NCBI RefSeq assembly: GCF_036323395.1 | Contig: NZ_AP028907.1 | Location: forward strand, 1,320,001 to 1,352,000 | DNA length: 32,000 bases | Direction of reading: 5' to 3' | Source: Pyrodictium abyssi | GTDB taxonomy: Archaea > Thermoproteota > Thermoprotei_A > Sulfolobales > Pyrodictiaceae | Part shown: piece by piece, positions 16,162 through 24,448 of the stretch | Layout: each line of letters opens with the position of its first letter | Numbering within the stretch: the first letter of the stretch is position 1 | Made by a program: the position numbers and the translations under genes | Notes under the pieces: model-generated | The model's input: the letters and a program-made list of their open reading frames with translations, nothing else | Databases searched by the model: none | What the model was told of the DNA's origin: nothing

Positions 16162-17265
16162 ATGGCCTCTAGTAGCCGTCTCCTCGATAGGCCCTACGTG
16201 CGGGAGGCTGAGCTCTGGAGCCCGCTCCCCGACCGGCAGGGCTACGTGCGCTGCGACCTCTGTGCGCGGCGATGCGTGATAGCACCGGGGAAGTACGGGG
16301 TCTGCGGGGTCCGGAGGAACATCGGCGGCAAGCTCTACACGCTGGTCTACGGGCTGCTGACCGCGATGAACATTGACCCTATCGAGAAGAAGCCTATGTT
16401 CCACTTCGAGCCCGGCAGCCAGGTGCTCTCGATAAGCACTGTGGGGTGCAACTTCTACTGCGTGTTCTGCCAGAACTGGGAGATTAGCCAGTCGCGGCTG
16501 GAGCAGGGCCTCTACGGCCGCTACGTCGAGCCCGAGGAGGTGGTCGAGAAGGCTCTGGAGTACGGGGCAGACGGGATAGCCTACACGTACAACGAGCCCA
16601 TAATATTCTTCGAGTTCTTGAGGGACGTAGCCAGGCTCGCCAAGAAGCACGGGCTCTACAACATGATGGTGACTAACGGCTACGCTACGCCGGAGGCTAT
16701 ACGGGAGCTAGCCCCCTACATCGACGCCGCCACTGTGGACTTCAAGGGCGGGGGTAACCCGGAGTTCTACCGCCGGTTCATGTCTGTGCCCGACCCCTCG
16801 CCGATATACACGGCCCTGGAGGAGATGAAGCGGGCCGGCTGGTTCCTAGAGGTAACGAACCTCGTGGTGCCCCGGTACGGCGACCGGGAGGATGACGTGA
16901 GGAGGCTAGCACGCTGGATCGTCGAGAAGCTGGGGCCCGAGACCCCGTTCCACCTGCTGCGCTTCCACCCTGACTTCCGGCTCCAGGAGCTGCCGCCGAC
17001 GCCGGTCGAGACGCTCGAGAGGCTCGCGCAGGCCGCCAAGGAGGAGGGGCTACACTACGTCTACATAGGCAATGTCTGGGGCCACCCGCTAGAGAACACG
17101 TACTGCCCGCGCTGCGGCTACACGGTGATAGAGAGGCGGGGCTTCGCCATACTCGCCTGGAGGCTGACACGGGACAACCGCTGCCAGAACTGCGGCGCGC
17201 CGGTGAACATACGGGGCCGGTTCCACGGGGGCGGTGGCAGCATACTACCGCTGCTGGTCTACTAG
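16162..17265 (+). CDS. amrS: AmmeMemoRadiSam system radical SAM enzyme (PflA-like activase family)
   Basis: Radical SAM CNFYCVFCQNWEIS (Cx3Cx2C). An N-terminal Cys cluster CDLCARRCVIAPGKYGVCGVR and a C-terminal CPRCG...CQNCG ribbon, as in that family. Confidence 0.85.
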   Translation: MASSSRLLDRPYVREAELWSPLPDRQGYVRCDLCARRCVIAPGKYGVCGVRRNIGGKLYTLVYGLLTAMNIDPIEKKPMFHFEPGSQVLSISTVGCNFYCVFCQNWEISQSRLEQGLYGRYVEPEEVVEKALEYGADGIAYTYNEPIIFFEFLRDVARLAKKHGLYNMMVTNGYATPEAIRELAPYIDAATVDFKGGGNPEFYRRFMSVPDPSPIYTALEEMKRAGWFLEVTNLVVPRYGDREDDVRRLARWIVEKLGPETPFHLLRFHPDFRLQELPPTPVETLERLAQAAKEEGLHYVYIGNVWGHPLENTYCPRCGYTVIERRGFAILAWRLTRDNRCQNCGAPVNIRGRFHGGGGSILPLLVY

Positions 17266-17353
17266 GCCAAGGGGCCCCGCTCCTTCGGCTAGGCCCTCCT
17301 TGTGCCGCAAGTTTTTATTCAAGGCTCGTGTAACCTATATACTGGTGCAGGGT

Positions 17354-17929
17354 ATGAGTGCACCAGCTGAGCTAAAGATACGAGAAGTCACTGTACCTGT
17401 GGAGGTCCCAGTAAGACCTGTCTCCAAGAGGGAGATAAAGCAGCTAGAGGCCATGCTTATAATAGGCACGCTGTTCCGGCCTGACGTGATCAAGGCCGCG
17501 CTCGACAAGGAGGAGTTCCTCACCTGGGTAGACAGCCTCGCCGTGGCTGCTACCGCGCTCGCGATGGAGAAGGCCGGGTACACGGTGAGCCAGATAGCGG
17601 AGGAGCTTGGCCGCACGGAGGCCACTATACGCCGGCACCTCCGCGGCGAGACAAAGGCCGGGAGGCTCGTCAGGGAGACCTACGAGATGCTCGTCCGGGG
17701 CGAGCTGAGGCTAGCAGTCCCCATAGTGAGCCCGGAGGCTGAGGCCGAGCTAAAGCAGCTACAGGAGCAGGTGCAGAAGCTAGAGGAGGAGGTTAAGCAG
17801 CTACGCGGCGAGAACACGGAGCTACGCGAGAGGCTTGGGAGGCTAGAGGAGGCGGTCCGGAAGGCCTCTGGCAAGCTGGAGGAGGCTGAGAAGGCGCTCC
17901 AGGAGGCAAGGGAGGCTCTTAGGCTCTAG
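17354..17929 (+). CDS. HTH DNA-binding protein with a C-terminal coiled coil
   Basis: The ATG at 17354 is preferred over the track start at 17234, which overlaps amrS; tttttatt at 17313-17320 lies about 35 nt upstream. HTH segment GYTVSQIAEELGRTEATIRRHLRG. The last ~60 aa are heptad-like (LKQLQEQVQKLEEEVKQLRGENTELRERLGRLEEAV..). Confidence 0.7.
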   Translation: MSAPAELKIREVTVPVEVPVRPVSKREIKQLEAMLIIGTLFRPDVIKAALDKEEFLTWVDSLAVAATALAMEKAGYTVSQIAEELGRTEATIRRHLRGETKAGRLVRETYEMLVRGELRLAVPIVSPEAEAELKQLQEQVQKLEEEVKQLRGENTELRERLGRLEEAVRKASGKLEEAEKALQEAREALRL

Positions 17930-17970
17930 CCGCCGTCCTAGGGCCACGGGGGCTGCCTGTTTTGTTTGCG

Positions 17971-17977
17971 TAAATTA
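17971..17977 (+). promoter_or_regulatory. TATA box (taaatta) for the 17997 gene
   Basis: Lies 20-26 nt upstream of the GTG at 17997, the spacing expected for a leaderless transcript. Confidence 0.4.
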
Positions 17978-17996
17978 CCCCACCTATTCTGTTTAC

Positions 17997-18890
17997 GTGG
18001 CTAGCTTTATCAACTCCTTCTACACGCCCTCCGTGCTGGGGCCATTACGCTCCCCCCGGGCTGCTCTAGCAGGGGCTGCATACCCGAGTACCCCCGGCTG
18101 TGGTGGGCGTAGAGCCTTGGCCGGCACCCCTGTGCTCTATATCCATCCCACGTGTGCTACGAGCTACGAGGTTGTCAAGCACCTGGCGGCGAAGGGGCTG
18201 CTAGACGGCGTCAGGCTTGTATCCACTGCTGAGCCAGCGCCCTCCGGCGTGCTACGAGTCTCCGTCTGGAGCGTGCCATGGCTAGTAGTGGAGGACGTGC
18301 CGGTGGCCACCGACCCAGTGACGCCTGGCGAGGTGGAGTCCATACTCCTGGGGGAGGGGCCGCTGAGGCGCGGCGACCCGGTTGAGGAGTTCATGGAGGC
18401 TGTGCTTCACAGCGCGTACGCGGCCGCTGTCTCCTACCTGCACGGGAGCATTAAGCCCGTGATAGACGCTGCCTTCATCTCTGCTGCTACGCGGGCTCCG
18501 CTAAGAGGCCTAGACGTCGAGGAGGTGGCCAGGGAGGTAGCCGACCGCGCGGACGAGCTGTACAGGGAGTGGGAGGACAAGCTAATGCGCGCCCTCGGCA
18601 TCTCCTTCGTCAGGGAGCTGTGGTGGGCCTCCCGGGGCAGCGTGACGCGCGAGAGGCTACGGGAGCTAGCGACGCCGGAGACCCTAGGGCTATGGCTGAT
18701 AGCTAAGGCGAGTATTGGGCGCAACGGGCTCCCCGACAAGCCGCTACCGGACCCCGAGAGGCTGGAGAGGCTAGCAGGATTCGTAGCCCGCGGGGCTGCA
18801 GGGCTGCTCTCGAAGGTGAGGAGGGAGCAGGAGAAGATACTCGGGGACGAGGAGTACTGGAGGCTCCTCCGGGAGAGGCTAGCCGGCTAG
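17997..18890 (+). CDS. Glutaredoxin/thioredoxin-like N-terminal domain (C-x-x-S) fused to a ~190-aa helical domain of unknown function
   Basis: VLYIHPTCATSYEVVKHLAAKGLL...VWSVPWLVVEDVPVA fits a Grx-like fold with a single Cys. The C-terminal half is Arg/Glu/Leu-rich and helical, with no motif I recognise. Its 3' end overlaps the convergent UPF0210 gene by 12 nt. Confidence 0.65.
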   Translation: MASFINSFYTPSVLGPLRSPRAALAGAAYPSTPGCGGRRALAGTPVLYIHPTCATSYEVVKHLAAKGLLDGVRLVSTAEPAPSGVLRVSVWSVPWLVVEDVPVATDPVTPGEVESILLGEGPLRRGDPVEEFMEAVLHSAYAAAVSYLHGSIKPVIDAAFISAATRAPLRGLDVEEVAREVADRADELYREWEDKLMRALGISFVRELWWASRGSVTRERLRELATPETLGLWLIAKASIGRNGLPDKPLPDPERLERLAGFVARGAAGLLSKVRREQEKILGDEEYWRLLRERLAG

Positions 18891-20279
18891 GAGGCGGCGC
18901 ATCGGCGGGGGTATACGGCCGCCCCTCTCCACGAACTCCTCCATACTGCCGGGCCCCGGGTCCATGACCGGGGCCTCGCCTAGTAGGCCGCCTAGCTCCA
19001 CGGTGTCTCCTGGTTTCTTGCCGGGCGCTGGGAGCAGCCTCACACCCAGCACCTTGCCCTGCACCATCCCGAGCGCCAGCACGTCGGCTATGAGGCCTGC
19101 TAGCCGCCTCCAGTCCGTGTCGCCGGGCACCGGCACCATGTCTAGGCCGGTGCTGCAGACACCGGTCATGGCCACGAGCTTGTATATGGTGGCTAGCCCG
19201 CGGGCTACCGCCGAGGCTATCCCGCTATCCTCCGATACCGGTATCATGGCGCCGCTGTAGCCGCCGGCACAGCACACGCCCATGGCCCCGCCCTTGCGGA
19301 GCGCGTCTATCAGCATGGCTAGAGCCGCTATGCTGCCCGGCGCGCCGAACTCCACGCCCATGGCCTCCAGCACGTCTGCTATACTGTCGCCTGGCTCCGG
19401 CGTCGGGGCTAGCGAGAGGTCCACGCTACCGACGCTGTAGCCGCTGGCCGCCGCTACGCGCTCCGCGACGAGCTGGCCGAGCCGCGACACCTTGAAGCCT
19501 ATCCTCTTCAGCTCGTCGTAGAGCCTCTCTAGCGGAGCGTCCCTGGGGAGGCCGCGGAGCACAGCCGCGACCACGCTAGGCCCGCTTATAGCAACGTTGA
19601 CGACTCCGTCCGCCTCCCCGAGCCCGTGGTGGGCTGCCGGCAGGAAGGGTATGTCCGGCGCCACGTTCACGGTTACCAGGAACTTGGCTCCGGGGAGGGG
19701 GCTCCCCGCCTCCCTCGCGGCCTCCAGGACTAGCCGCGCAGAGGCCGCGACGGCATCCATGTTGAGCCCTAGCCACGTAGAAGCCGCGTTTACGAACCCC
19801 ATTACCCTCTCGGTCTCCACCAGTACGCGGGGGAGCGCGCTGAGCACCGCCCGGCCGCCGGCCCCGAGCCCGCGGTCAGCGAAGGCCGCGAAGCCGCCGA
19901 TGTAGTCCACACCCGCCCTCGACGCAGCGCGGTCCAGCTCGGCCGCCGCCTCGAGCCCCGTCTCGGCTGCGCGCTCGACACCGCTGGCCGCTGTTACGGG
20001 GGCTAGCACGGCCTCGAGGGGCGTGAGCGCTATACGCACAGTCGTGACAGGTACGCCGAGCTTTGCTGCGACAGTGTCTACTGCCCGGCGTATGCGCCTC
20101 CCGTGCTCCTCGACGAGGCCGCGGAGGCAGTCCACTACCTCGCCTGGCCAGGGGGACGCGCAGATGCTGGCGTCTACGCTGAGGGTGACGCTGCGGACGT
20201 CTAGGCTACGGTAGCGTATCATCTCCGCTACTTCGGTTATCTCGGCTATGCTGAAGTGCATCGACAAGGCCGGGTACAC
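18879..20279 (-). CDS. UPF0210 / DUF711 family protein
   Basis: About 460 aa. The N-terminus ..IAEITEVAEMIRYRSLDVRSVTLSV.. matches the family's start (..I.E....I....LDIRTVT.GI..). It sits directly downstream of its usual ACT-domain partner (UPF0237). The start is GTG 20279 or ATG 20261. Confidence 0.8.
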   Translation of the reverse strand: MYPALSMHFSIAEITEVAEMIRYRSLDVRSVTLSVDASICASPWPGEVVDCLRGLVEEHGRRIRRAVDTVAAKLGVPVTTVRIALTPLEAVLAPVTAASGVERAAETGLEAAAELDRAASRAGVDYIGGFAAFADRGLGAGGRAVLSALPRVLVETERVMGFVNAASTWLGLNMDAVAASARLVLEAAREAGSPLPGAKFLVTVNVAPDIPFLPAAHHGLGEADGVVNVAISGPSVVAAVLRGLPRDAPLERLYDELKRIGFKVSRLGQLVAERVAAASGYSVGSVDLSLAPTPEPGDSIADVLEAMGVEFGAPGSIAALAMLIDALRKGGAMGVCCAGGYSGAMIPVSEDSGIASAVARGLATIYKLVAMTGVCSTGLDMVPVPGDTDWRRLAGLIADVLALGMVQGKVLGVRLLPAPGKKPGDTVELGGLLGEAPVMDPGPGSMEEFVERGGRIPPPMRRLLAG

Positions 20280-20286
20280 CCTGGGC

Positions 20287-20595
20287 CTAGGGCCTCTGGA
20301 GGTACTTCACCACGTCTATGTGGTATACGCTCACCTCTACGCCGAGCTCCCTGCCCTTCTCGTCGAGGCGGCTGCGTAGCTCCTCTATCCTCAGCCTCGC
20401 GTCGGTCACATCAACTATCATAGCCATCGTGAATATCCCGCGCATAACGGTCTGCGATATGTCGAGAATGTTGGCGTTGGCCTCCGCGAGCACGCCCGCC
20501 AGGCCCGCCACTATGCCGGGCCGGTCGCGGCCGTGGACGAAGACCACTATGTACTCGCGGCCCTCCTGTAGCTCCTGCTGGTCTCTAGTAGACAA
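20287..20595 (-). CDS. ACT domain protein (UPF0237 family)
   Basis: Core YIVVFVHGRDRPGIVAGLAGVLAEANANILDISQTVMRGIFTMAMIVDV matches UPF0237 (..V.GKD..GIV..V...LAE...NILDISQT.M.G.FTM...VD.). The track start at 20661 gives an implausible leader; I prefer TTG 20595 or an internal GTG around 20547. Confidence 0.8.
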   Translation of the reverse strand: MSTRDQQELQEGREYIVVFVHGRDRPGIVAGLAGVLAEANANILDISQTVMRGIFTMAMIVDVTDARLRIEELRSRLDEKGRELGVEVSVYHIDVVKYLQRP

Positions 20596-20646
20596 GGCGC
20601 TTCGGGCACCCCGAGGGCAGAGGGAGAAGAGGGGGACCCTCTCCCC

Positions 20647-20653
20647 CTTATAC
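20647..20653. promoter_or_regulatory. Shared TATA element in the divergent ACT/Sir2 gap
   Basis: cttatac (plus) / gtataag (minus). It lies 26-32 nt upstream of the Sir2 ATG at 20679 (leaderless) and 52-58 nt upstream of the ACT TTG at 20595. A GC hairpin, agaggg-gga-ccctct, sits just on the ACT side at about 20626-20640. Confidence 0.4.
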
Positions 20654-20678
20654 CCTAGCACCCCGTGCCCCCGGGGCT

Positions 20679-21446
20679 ATGGGAGCCTTGGAGCCCAGGG
20701 AAGAGGCCAAGAGGCTGGCCCAGCTCCTAGCCGAGTCCCGGTACGCCGTCGTGTTCACTGGCGCAGGCGTGAGCACTGAGAGCGGTATACCCGACTTCCG
20801 CGGGCCTAGCGGGCTCTGGCGCCGCGTCCCGCCCGAGGTGTTCACCATAGAGTACTTCGTGGAGCGGCCCCTCGAGGTGTGGAGGCTCTTCACAGAGCTC
20901 TTCTACAGCTTCAAGGACGCTAAGCCGAACCCGGCGCACTACGCGATAGCCCGGCTAGAGGAGCTAGGCATCGTTAAGTCTGTCATAACCCAGAACATAG
21001 ACGGGCTGCACCAGGCCGCGGGGAGCCGCCGGGTGATAGAGCTCCACGGCAACCTGCGCTGGGCCCGCTGCATGAGCTGCGGCCGCCGGGTGCCCCTCGA
21101 CGAGGCCGTGTCCGAGGCGCGGGAGGGCCGGCTGCCCCGCTGCCCGGTCTGCGGCGGCCTGTTGAAGCCCGACGCTGTGTTCTTCGGGGAGCCCTTGCCC
21201 GAGGAGGCGCTGGAGGAGGCCTTCCGGGAGGCCCGCCGGGCCGACCTAGTGCTGGTCGTCGGCTCGAGCCTGTCCGTCTACCCGGCTGCCTACATCCCGG
21301 AGTACGCGCGGCGCCGGGGAGCCAGGCTCGCCATAGTGAATCTTGAGCCTACGCCGCTAGACCACCTCGCCACCGTGGTCGCGCGGCGCCGCGCCAGCGA
21401 GCTCCTACTCATGGTTGTTAGGGAGCTAGAGAGTCTCGCCGGGTAG
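20679..21446 (+). CDS. cobB: NAD-dependent protein deacylase, Sir2 family
   Basis: GAGVSTESGIPDFRG, TQNIDGLH, HG, Zn ribbon CMSCG...CPVCGG and a VVGSSL..YPA Rossmann end. Confidence 0.9.
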   Translation: MGALEPREEAKRLAQLLAESRYAVVFTGAGVSTESGIPDFRGPSGLWRRVPPEVFTIEYFVERPLEVWRLFTELFYSFKDAKPNPAHYAIARLEELGIVKSVITQNIDGLHQAAGSRRVIELHGNLRWARCMSCGRRVPLDEAVSEAREGRLPRCPVCGGLLKPDAVFFGEPLPEEALEEAFREARRADLVLVVGSSLSVYPAAYIPEYARRRGARLAIVNLEPTPLDHLATVVARRRASELLLMVVRELESLAG

Positions 21447-22293
21447 GCTGGCTGCGCCCGGCTAGCAGCTGGGCAGCCGCTATAGCCGCCGCACCCGCCG
21501 CGTAGGAGCCCGTAAAGGGCTCGTCGAAGAGCAGCCAGCCCCAGGCCACGGAGAGCACTAGCTCCAGCGTGGCCGCTACCGAGGCGCGGTGCGGCTCGAC
21601 GCCGCCGAGCCCCCGGTAGAAGAGCACGTAGGAGAGATGGCTGACAACCAGGGCTAGGTAGGCGGCCGCGGGCAGGCAGGACGCCGTCACCACAGCCCCG
21701 CCAGGAGCCGCCGCGGCTACCGCGAGGGCTCCCAGCAGTAGCCACGCCTGCACACCGGCAGCCATGCTGGCCGGCTCGAGCCCCGCCACGAGCCGCGCTG
21801 CAGCGTATATCGTGGCCGCGTAGAAGGCGCCGCTCGTAAGCCCCCATAGGAGGCCCCCGGCCGGGATGAGGCCGCTACGAGCCTCCCCTGCGAGCAGCAG
21901 GGCGCCGGCGAGCGTCAGCACTGTGGCTGCTAGCCTCCAGGGCCCGGGGCGCCGCTTCTCCAGGGCGAGCTGGTAGAGGAGGACCCATGCTGGCGCGGTG
22001 TAGAGAAGCGCAGCTGCGCGCCCCACGCCCAGCGCGTCTACCGCGTAGTAGTACGCCGTGTAGAAGGGCGTGAAGAGGCCCAGCGCGAGGACGACGACAC
22101 GCCGGTCGAGGACGACGCCTGCGCGGTAGAGCCCGGCAGCGACGCCCAGGATGGTGGCTAAGGCCGCTACCGCCTGCCTAGCGACCAGCATGCCGAGCGG
22201 GCTACAGCCGGCGAGGTAGCCTAGCCGCGTAGCCACGCCTATCGTCGACCAGAGGGCGGAGGCCGCGTAGACCAGCAGGAGGCTACGGTTCAT
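21418..22293 (-). CDS. EamA/DMT-superfamily transporter
   Basis: 291 aa with about 10 TM helices in two similar halves, Gly/Ala/Leu-rich as in EamA repeats. Its 3' end overlaps the convergent Sir2 gene by 29 nt. Confidence 0.7.
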   Translation of the reverse strand: MNRSLLLVYAASALWSTIGVATRLGYLAGCSPLGMLVARQAVAALATILGVAAGLYRAGVVLDRRVVVLALGLFTPFYTAYYYAVDALGVGRAAALLYTAPAWVLLYQLALEKRRPGPWRLAATVLTLAGALLLAGEARSGLIPAGGLLWGLTSGAFYAATIYAAARLVAGLEPASMAAGVQAWLLLGALAVAAAAPGGAVVTASCLPAAAYLALVVSHLSYVLFYRGLGGVEPHRASVAATLELVLSVAWGWLLFDEPFTGSYAAGAAAIAAAQLLAGRSQPTRRDSLAP

Positions 22294-22354
22294 CCCCGCT
22301 TCTTCCTGGGCGCGGAGGCCGGTCCACCAAGAGCCTATTACGTTGCCGGTGGGG

Positions 22355-23422
22355 CTAGCTGGCTAGGTAGCCCAGCCGCCGCAGGAGATCCGGGAGCGGC
22401 TGGGGCTCGGGCACCCAGCGGCCCTCCAGCGGGTCGTACATCTCCACTGGTATCGTCGTCCCGAAGCCGCGGGTAACCACGCCCGCGTAGAGTATACAGT
22501 CGCGGAGCAGCTCACGAGCGTAGTCCGTGGCCTCGTCCGGGAGGACGAGAACTGTTGCCGCCGTCTCTTCTCCTACGAAGATGCTGGGTGTACTCCACGT
22601 GGTCAGAGCTAGCGCGTAGAGGAGGGGGAAGCAGTCCCTCCGCACCCTTATGAACAGTGGTATCGGCTTATCCGAGCCTATGGTGGCTGCGAGCAGCAGC
22701 ACTCGGCCGACTAGCCTCTTCGAGCCGAGCTGCCTGTACCTCGAGACGAGCCGGCGGTAGCTAAGCCGGTGCCCGGGGTTCTTCATCTCTAGCCTCTCGG
22801 CGTAGACGGGGCCCGGGTCCTGTAGCTCCCTTATACCGGCCAGCGGGTTTAGGTCGAGGCCAGCGTAGATCATCAAGTCTAGGAGGTTGAGCCGGAGGCT
22901 AGGAGCCCCCTCCTCTAGCACGGCTATAGCCTGTTTAACCTCCTCGTGGAGCCTCGCTGCGCCTATATCGTCCCTGTACCGGCTGCAGTCGTACCGCACC
23001 GGAATGGTTACCCCTAACTCTACCTCGCCCCTGAGGCCCCTCTCCACCTCGGCTACCAGCTCGTTGAGGAACTCCCTGGGCAGGAAGTAGCTGTAGACGT
23101 GCAGGTTGTCCAGCGTAGCTCTGTAGGAGTGGAGGTACCGGTAAGCCGGGACGCCGAGCTGCTCGAGGTCGCTCAGGCTGGTAGCGTCGCCCACGGGGGT
23201 CTTCGTGTACACTAGTGCCACTAGGAGCCCGAGGGGGCGTATATCCCTTATGTGCTGGGGCCATAGCTCGTAGCCGCGCTCCCTGAGCTTCCTTATAGTG
23301 GTCCTCACGTAGTTCTCCGAAACCCCTAGCTGCTCGGCTATCCCGCTTATCTCTGTGCGCGGGTCATAGCATGCGAGTAGCCTTGCGACGTCCCTCTCTA
23401 TCCCGCCGAGGGCTACGGCCAC
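22355..23422 (-). CDS. HTH-domain protein (Lrp/AsnC-type N-terminal wHTH plus a large uncharacterised C-terminal region)
   Basis: GTG start. N-terminal ISGIAEQLGVSENYVRTTIRKLRERGY is a classic HTH. The remaining ~290 aa have no motif I recognise. Confidence 0.65.
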   Translation of the reverse strand: MAVALGGIERDVARLLACYDPRTEISGIAEQLGVSENYVRTTIRKLRERGYELWPQHIRDIRPLGLLVALVYTKTPVGDATSLSDLEQLGVPAYRYLHSYRATLDNLHVYSYFLPREFLNELVAEVERGLRGEVELGVTIPVRYDCSRYRDDIGAARLHEEVKQAIAVLEEGAPSLRLNLLDLMIYAGLDLNPLAGIRELQDPGPVYAERLEMKNPGHRLSYRRLVSRYRQLGSKRLVGRVLLLAATIGSDKPIPLFIRVRRDCFPLLYALALTTWSTPSIFVGEETAATVLVLPDEATDYARELLRDCILYAGVVTRGFGTTIPVEMYDPLEGRWVPEPQPLPDLLRRLGYLAS

Positions 23423-23558
23423 AGTCTCTCAGACCCCTGCCCCGCCGAAGAGCGCGGGTTTTAACACCTATAACACCCAGGGGAAAATGTATAGGACACA
23501 TTACGTCTCTTACACCGGGCTTCGGGATAAGTATAGTGTCTTGCCTCCAAGCCGTTGA

Positions 23559-23744
23559 GTGTTACACACCGCAGAATTCATCCGGCATAACTGTGGACGA
23601 AACAATACCTGGCACGTCTACACAGTGCTTAGCGTGTTGGTAACCATGTGGTGGTTGATACTACATTCTAATAAGTGGCGCGAAGCACAGAGTCACATAC
23701 CATGGTGCGTAATGTTTATAACTAGGCTGCTAGCTGGTATTTAG
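23559..23744 (+). CDS. Candidate small membrane protein (61 aa); could instead be part of a non-coding transcript
   Basis: The GTG at 23559 lies 22-29 nt downstream of a TATA-like aagtatag (23530-23537). One hydrophobic helix (VYTVLSVLVTMWWLIL). The stop at 23742-23744 is followed directly by a T-rich tract tcttttct (23745-23752). A conserved 28-nt element lies just upstream (23493-23520). Confidence 0.3.
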   Translation: MLHTAEFIRHNCGRNNTWHVYTVLSVLVTMWWLILHSNKWREAQSHIPWCVMFITRLLAGI

Positions 23745-23900
23745 TCTTTTCTATACATTGATAGCTACGGAATGATTGCCTTTCGCAGGAACATAGGAGT
23801 CAGCGCCCGCGGAAACATCTAAATAAATCCAGACAAGCGACAGGCCAGAGAGGCTACCAGGCTACATGAGAGCCGAGGACCGGCCCAGGGGGAGCGCTGT

Positions 23901-24326
23901 ATGAGCGGGGACTGCATATTCTGCGAGATCGTGCGCGGCGAGCTACCCTCTGTGAATATATACGAAGACGACAAAGTCGTAGCATTCCTCGACATCTACC
24001 CCATTAACCCGGGCCACACGCTCGTTGTGCCTAAGCGCCACGCTGAGCAGCTCGACCAGCTCACCGACGAGGAGGCTGCAGCACTGATAAATGCCGTAAA
24101 GAAGCTCGCGCCAAGGATAGTCAAGGCCGTCAAGGCCCATGGCTACAACGTGGTGGCCAACAACGGTAAGGCCGCGGGACAGATAATATTCCATGTGCAC
24201 TTCCACATCGTGCCCAGGTTCGAGGGTGACAACTGCAAGTTCGACTGCAGCCGCAGCAAGCCCAGCATGGAGGAGCTACGGGAGATAGGAGAACAGATAC
24301 GGAGGCACATAGAGGAGCAGAGCTGA
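23901..24326 (+). CDS. HIT (histidine triad) family nucleotide hydrolase/transferase
   Basis: CIFCEI..., an FLDIYPINPGHTLVVPKRH segment and the histidine triad HVHFHIVPR. Confidence 0.9.
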   Translation: MSGDCIFCEIVRGELPSVNIYEDDKVVAFLDIYPINPGHTLVVPKRHAEQLDQLTDEEAAALINAVKKLAPRIVKAVKAHGYNVVANNGKAAGQIIFHVHFHIVPRFEGDNCKFDCSRSKPSMEELREIGEQIRRHIEEQS

Positions 24327-24411
24327 CGCCTCTTTTAGACCACCTTCTACCCTCTCACGAAGACCCATACGCTTCCACTGTAGAACGTTTTACGGCAGCA
24401 TCTTAGCCTCG

Positions 24412-24420
24412 TTATATTAT
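24412..24420 (+). promoter_or_regulatory. TATA-like element (ttatattat) upstream of the 24449 gene
   Basis: About 30-35 nt upstream of the GTG at 24449. A T-rich tract (ctctttt, 24334-24340) after the HIT stop may act as its terminator. Confidence 0.35.
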
Positions 24421-24448
24421 CCTCCGGCCCGCTCTATACAGTAGTACG

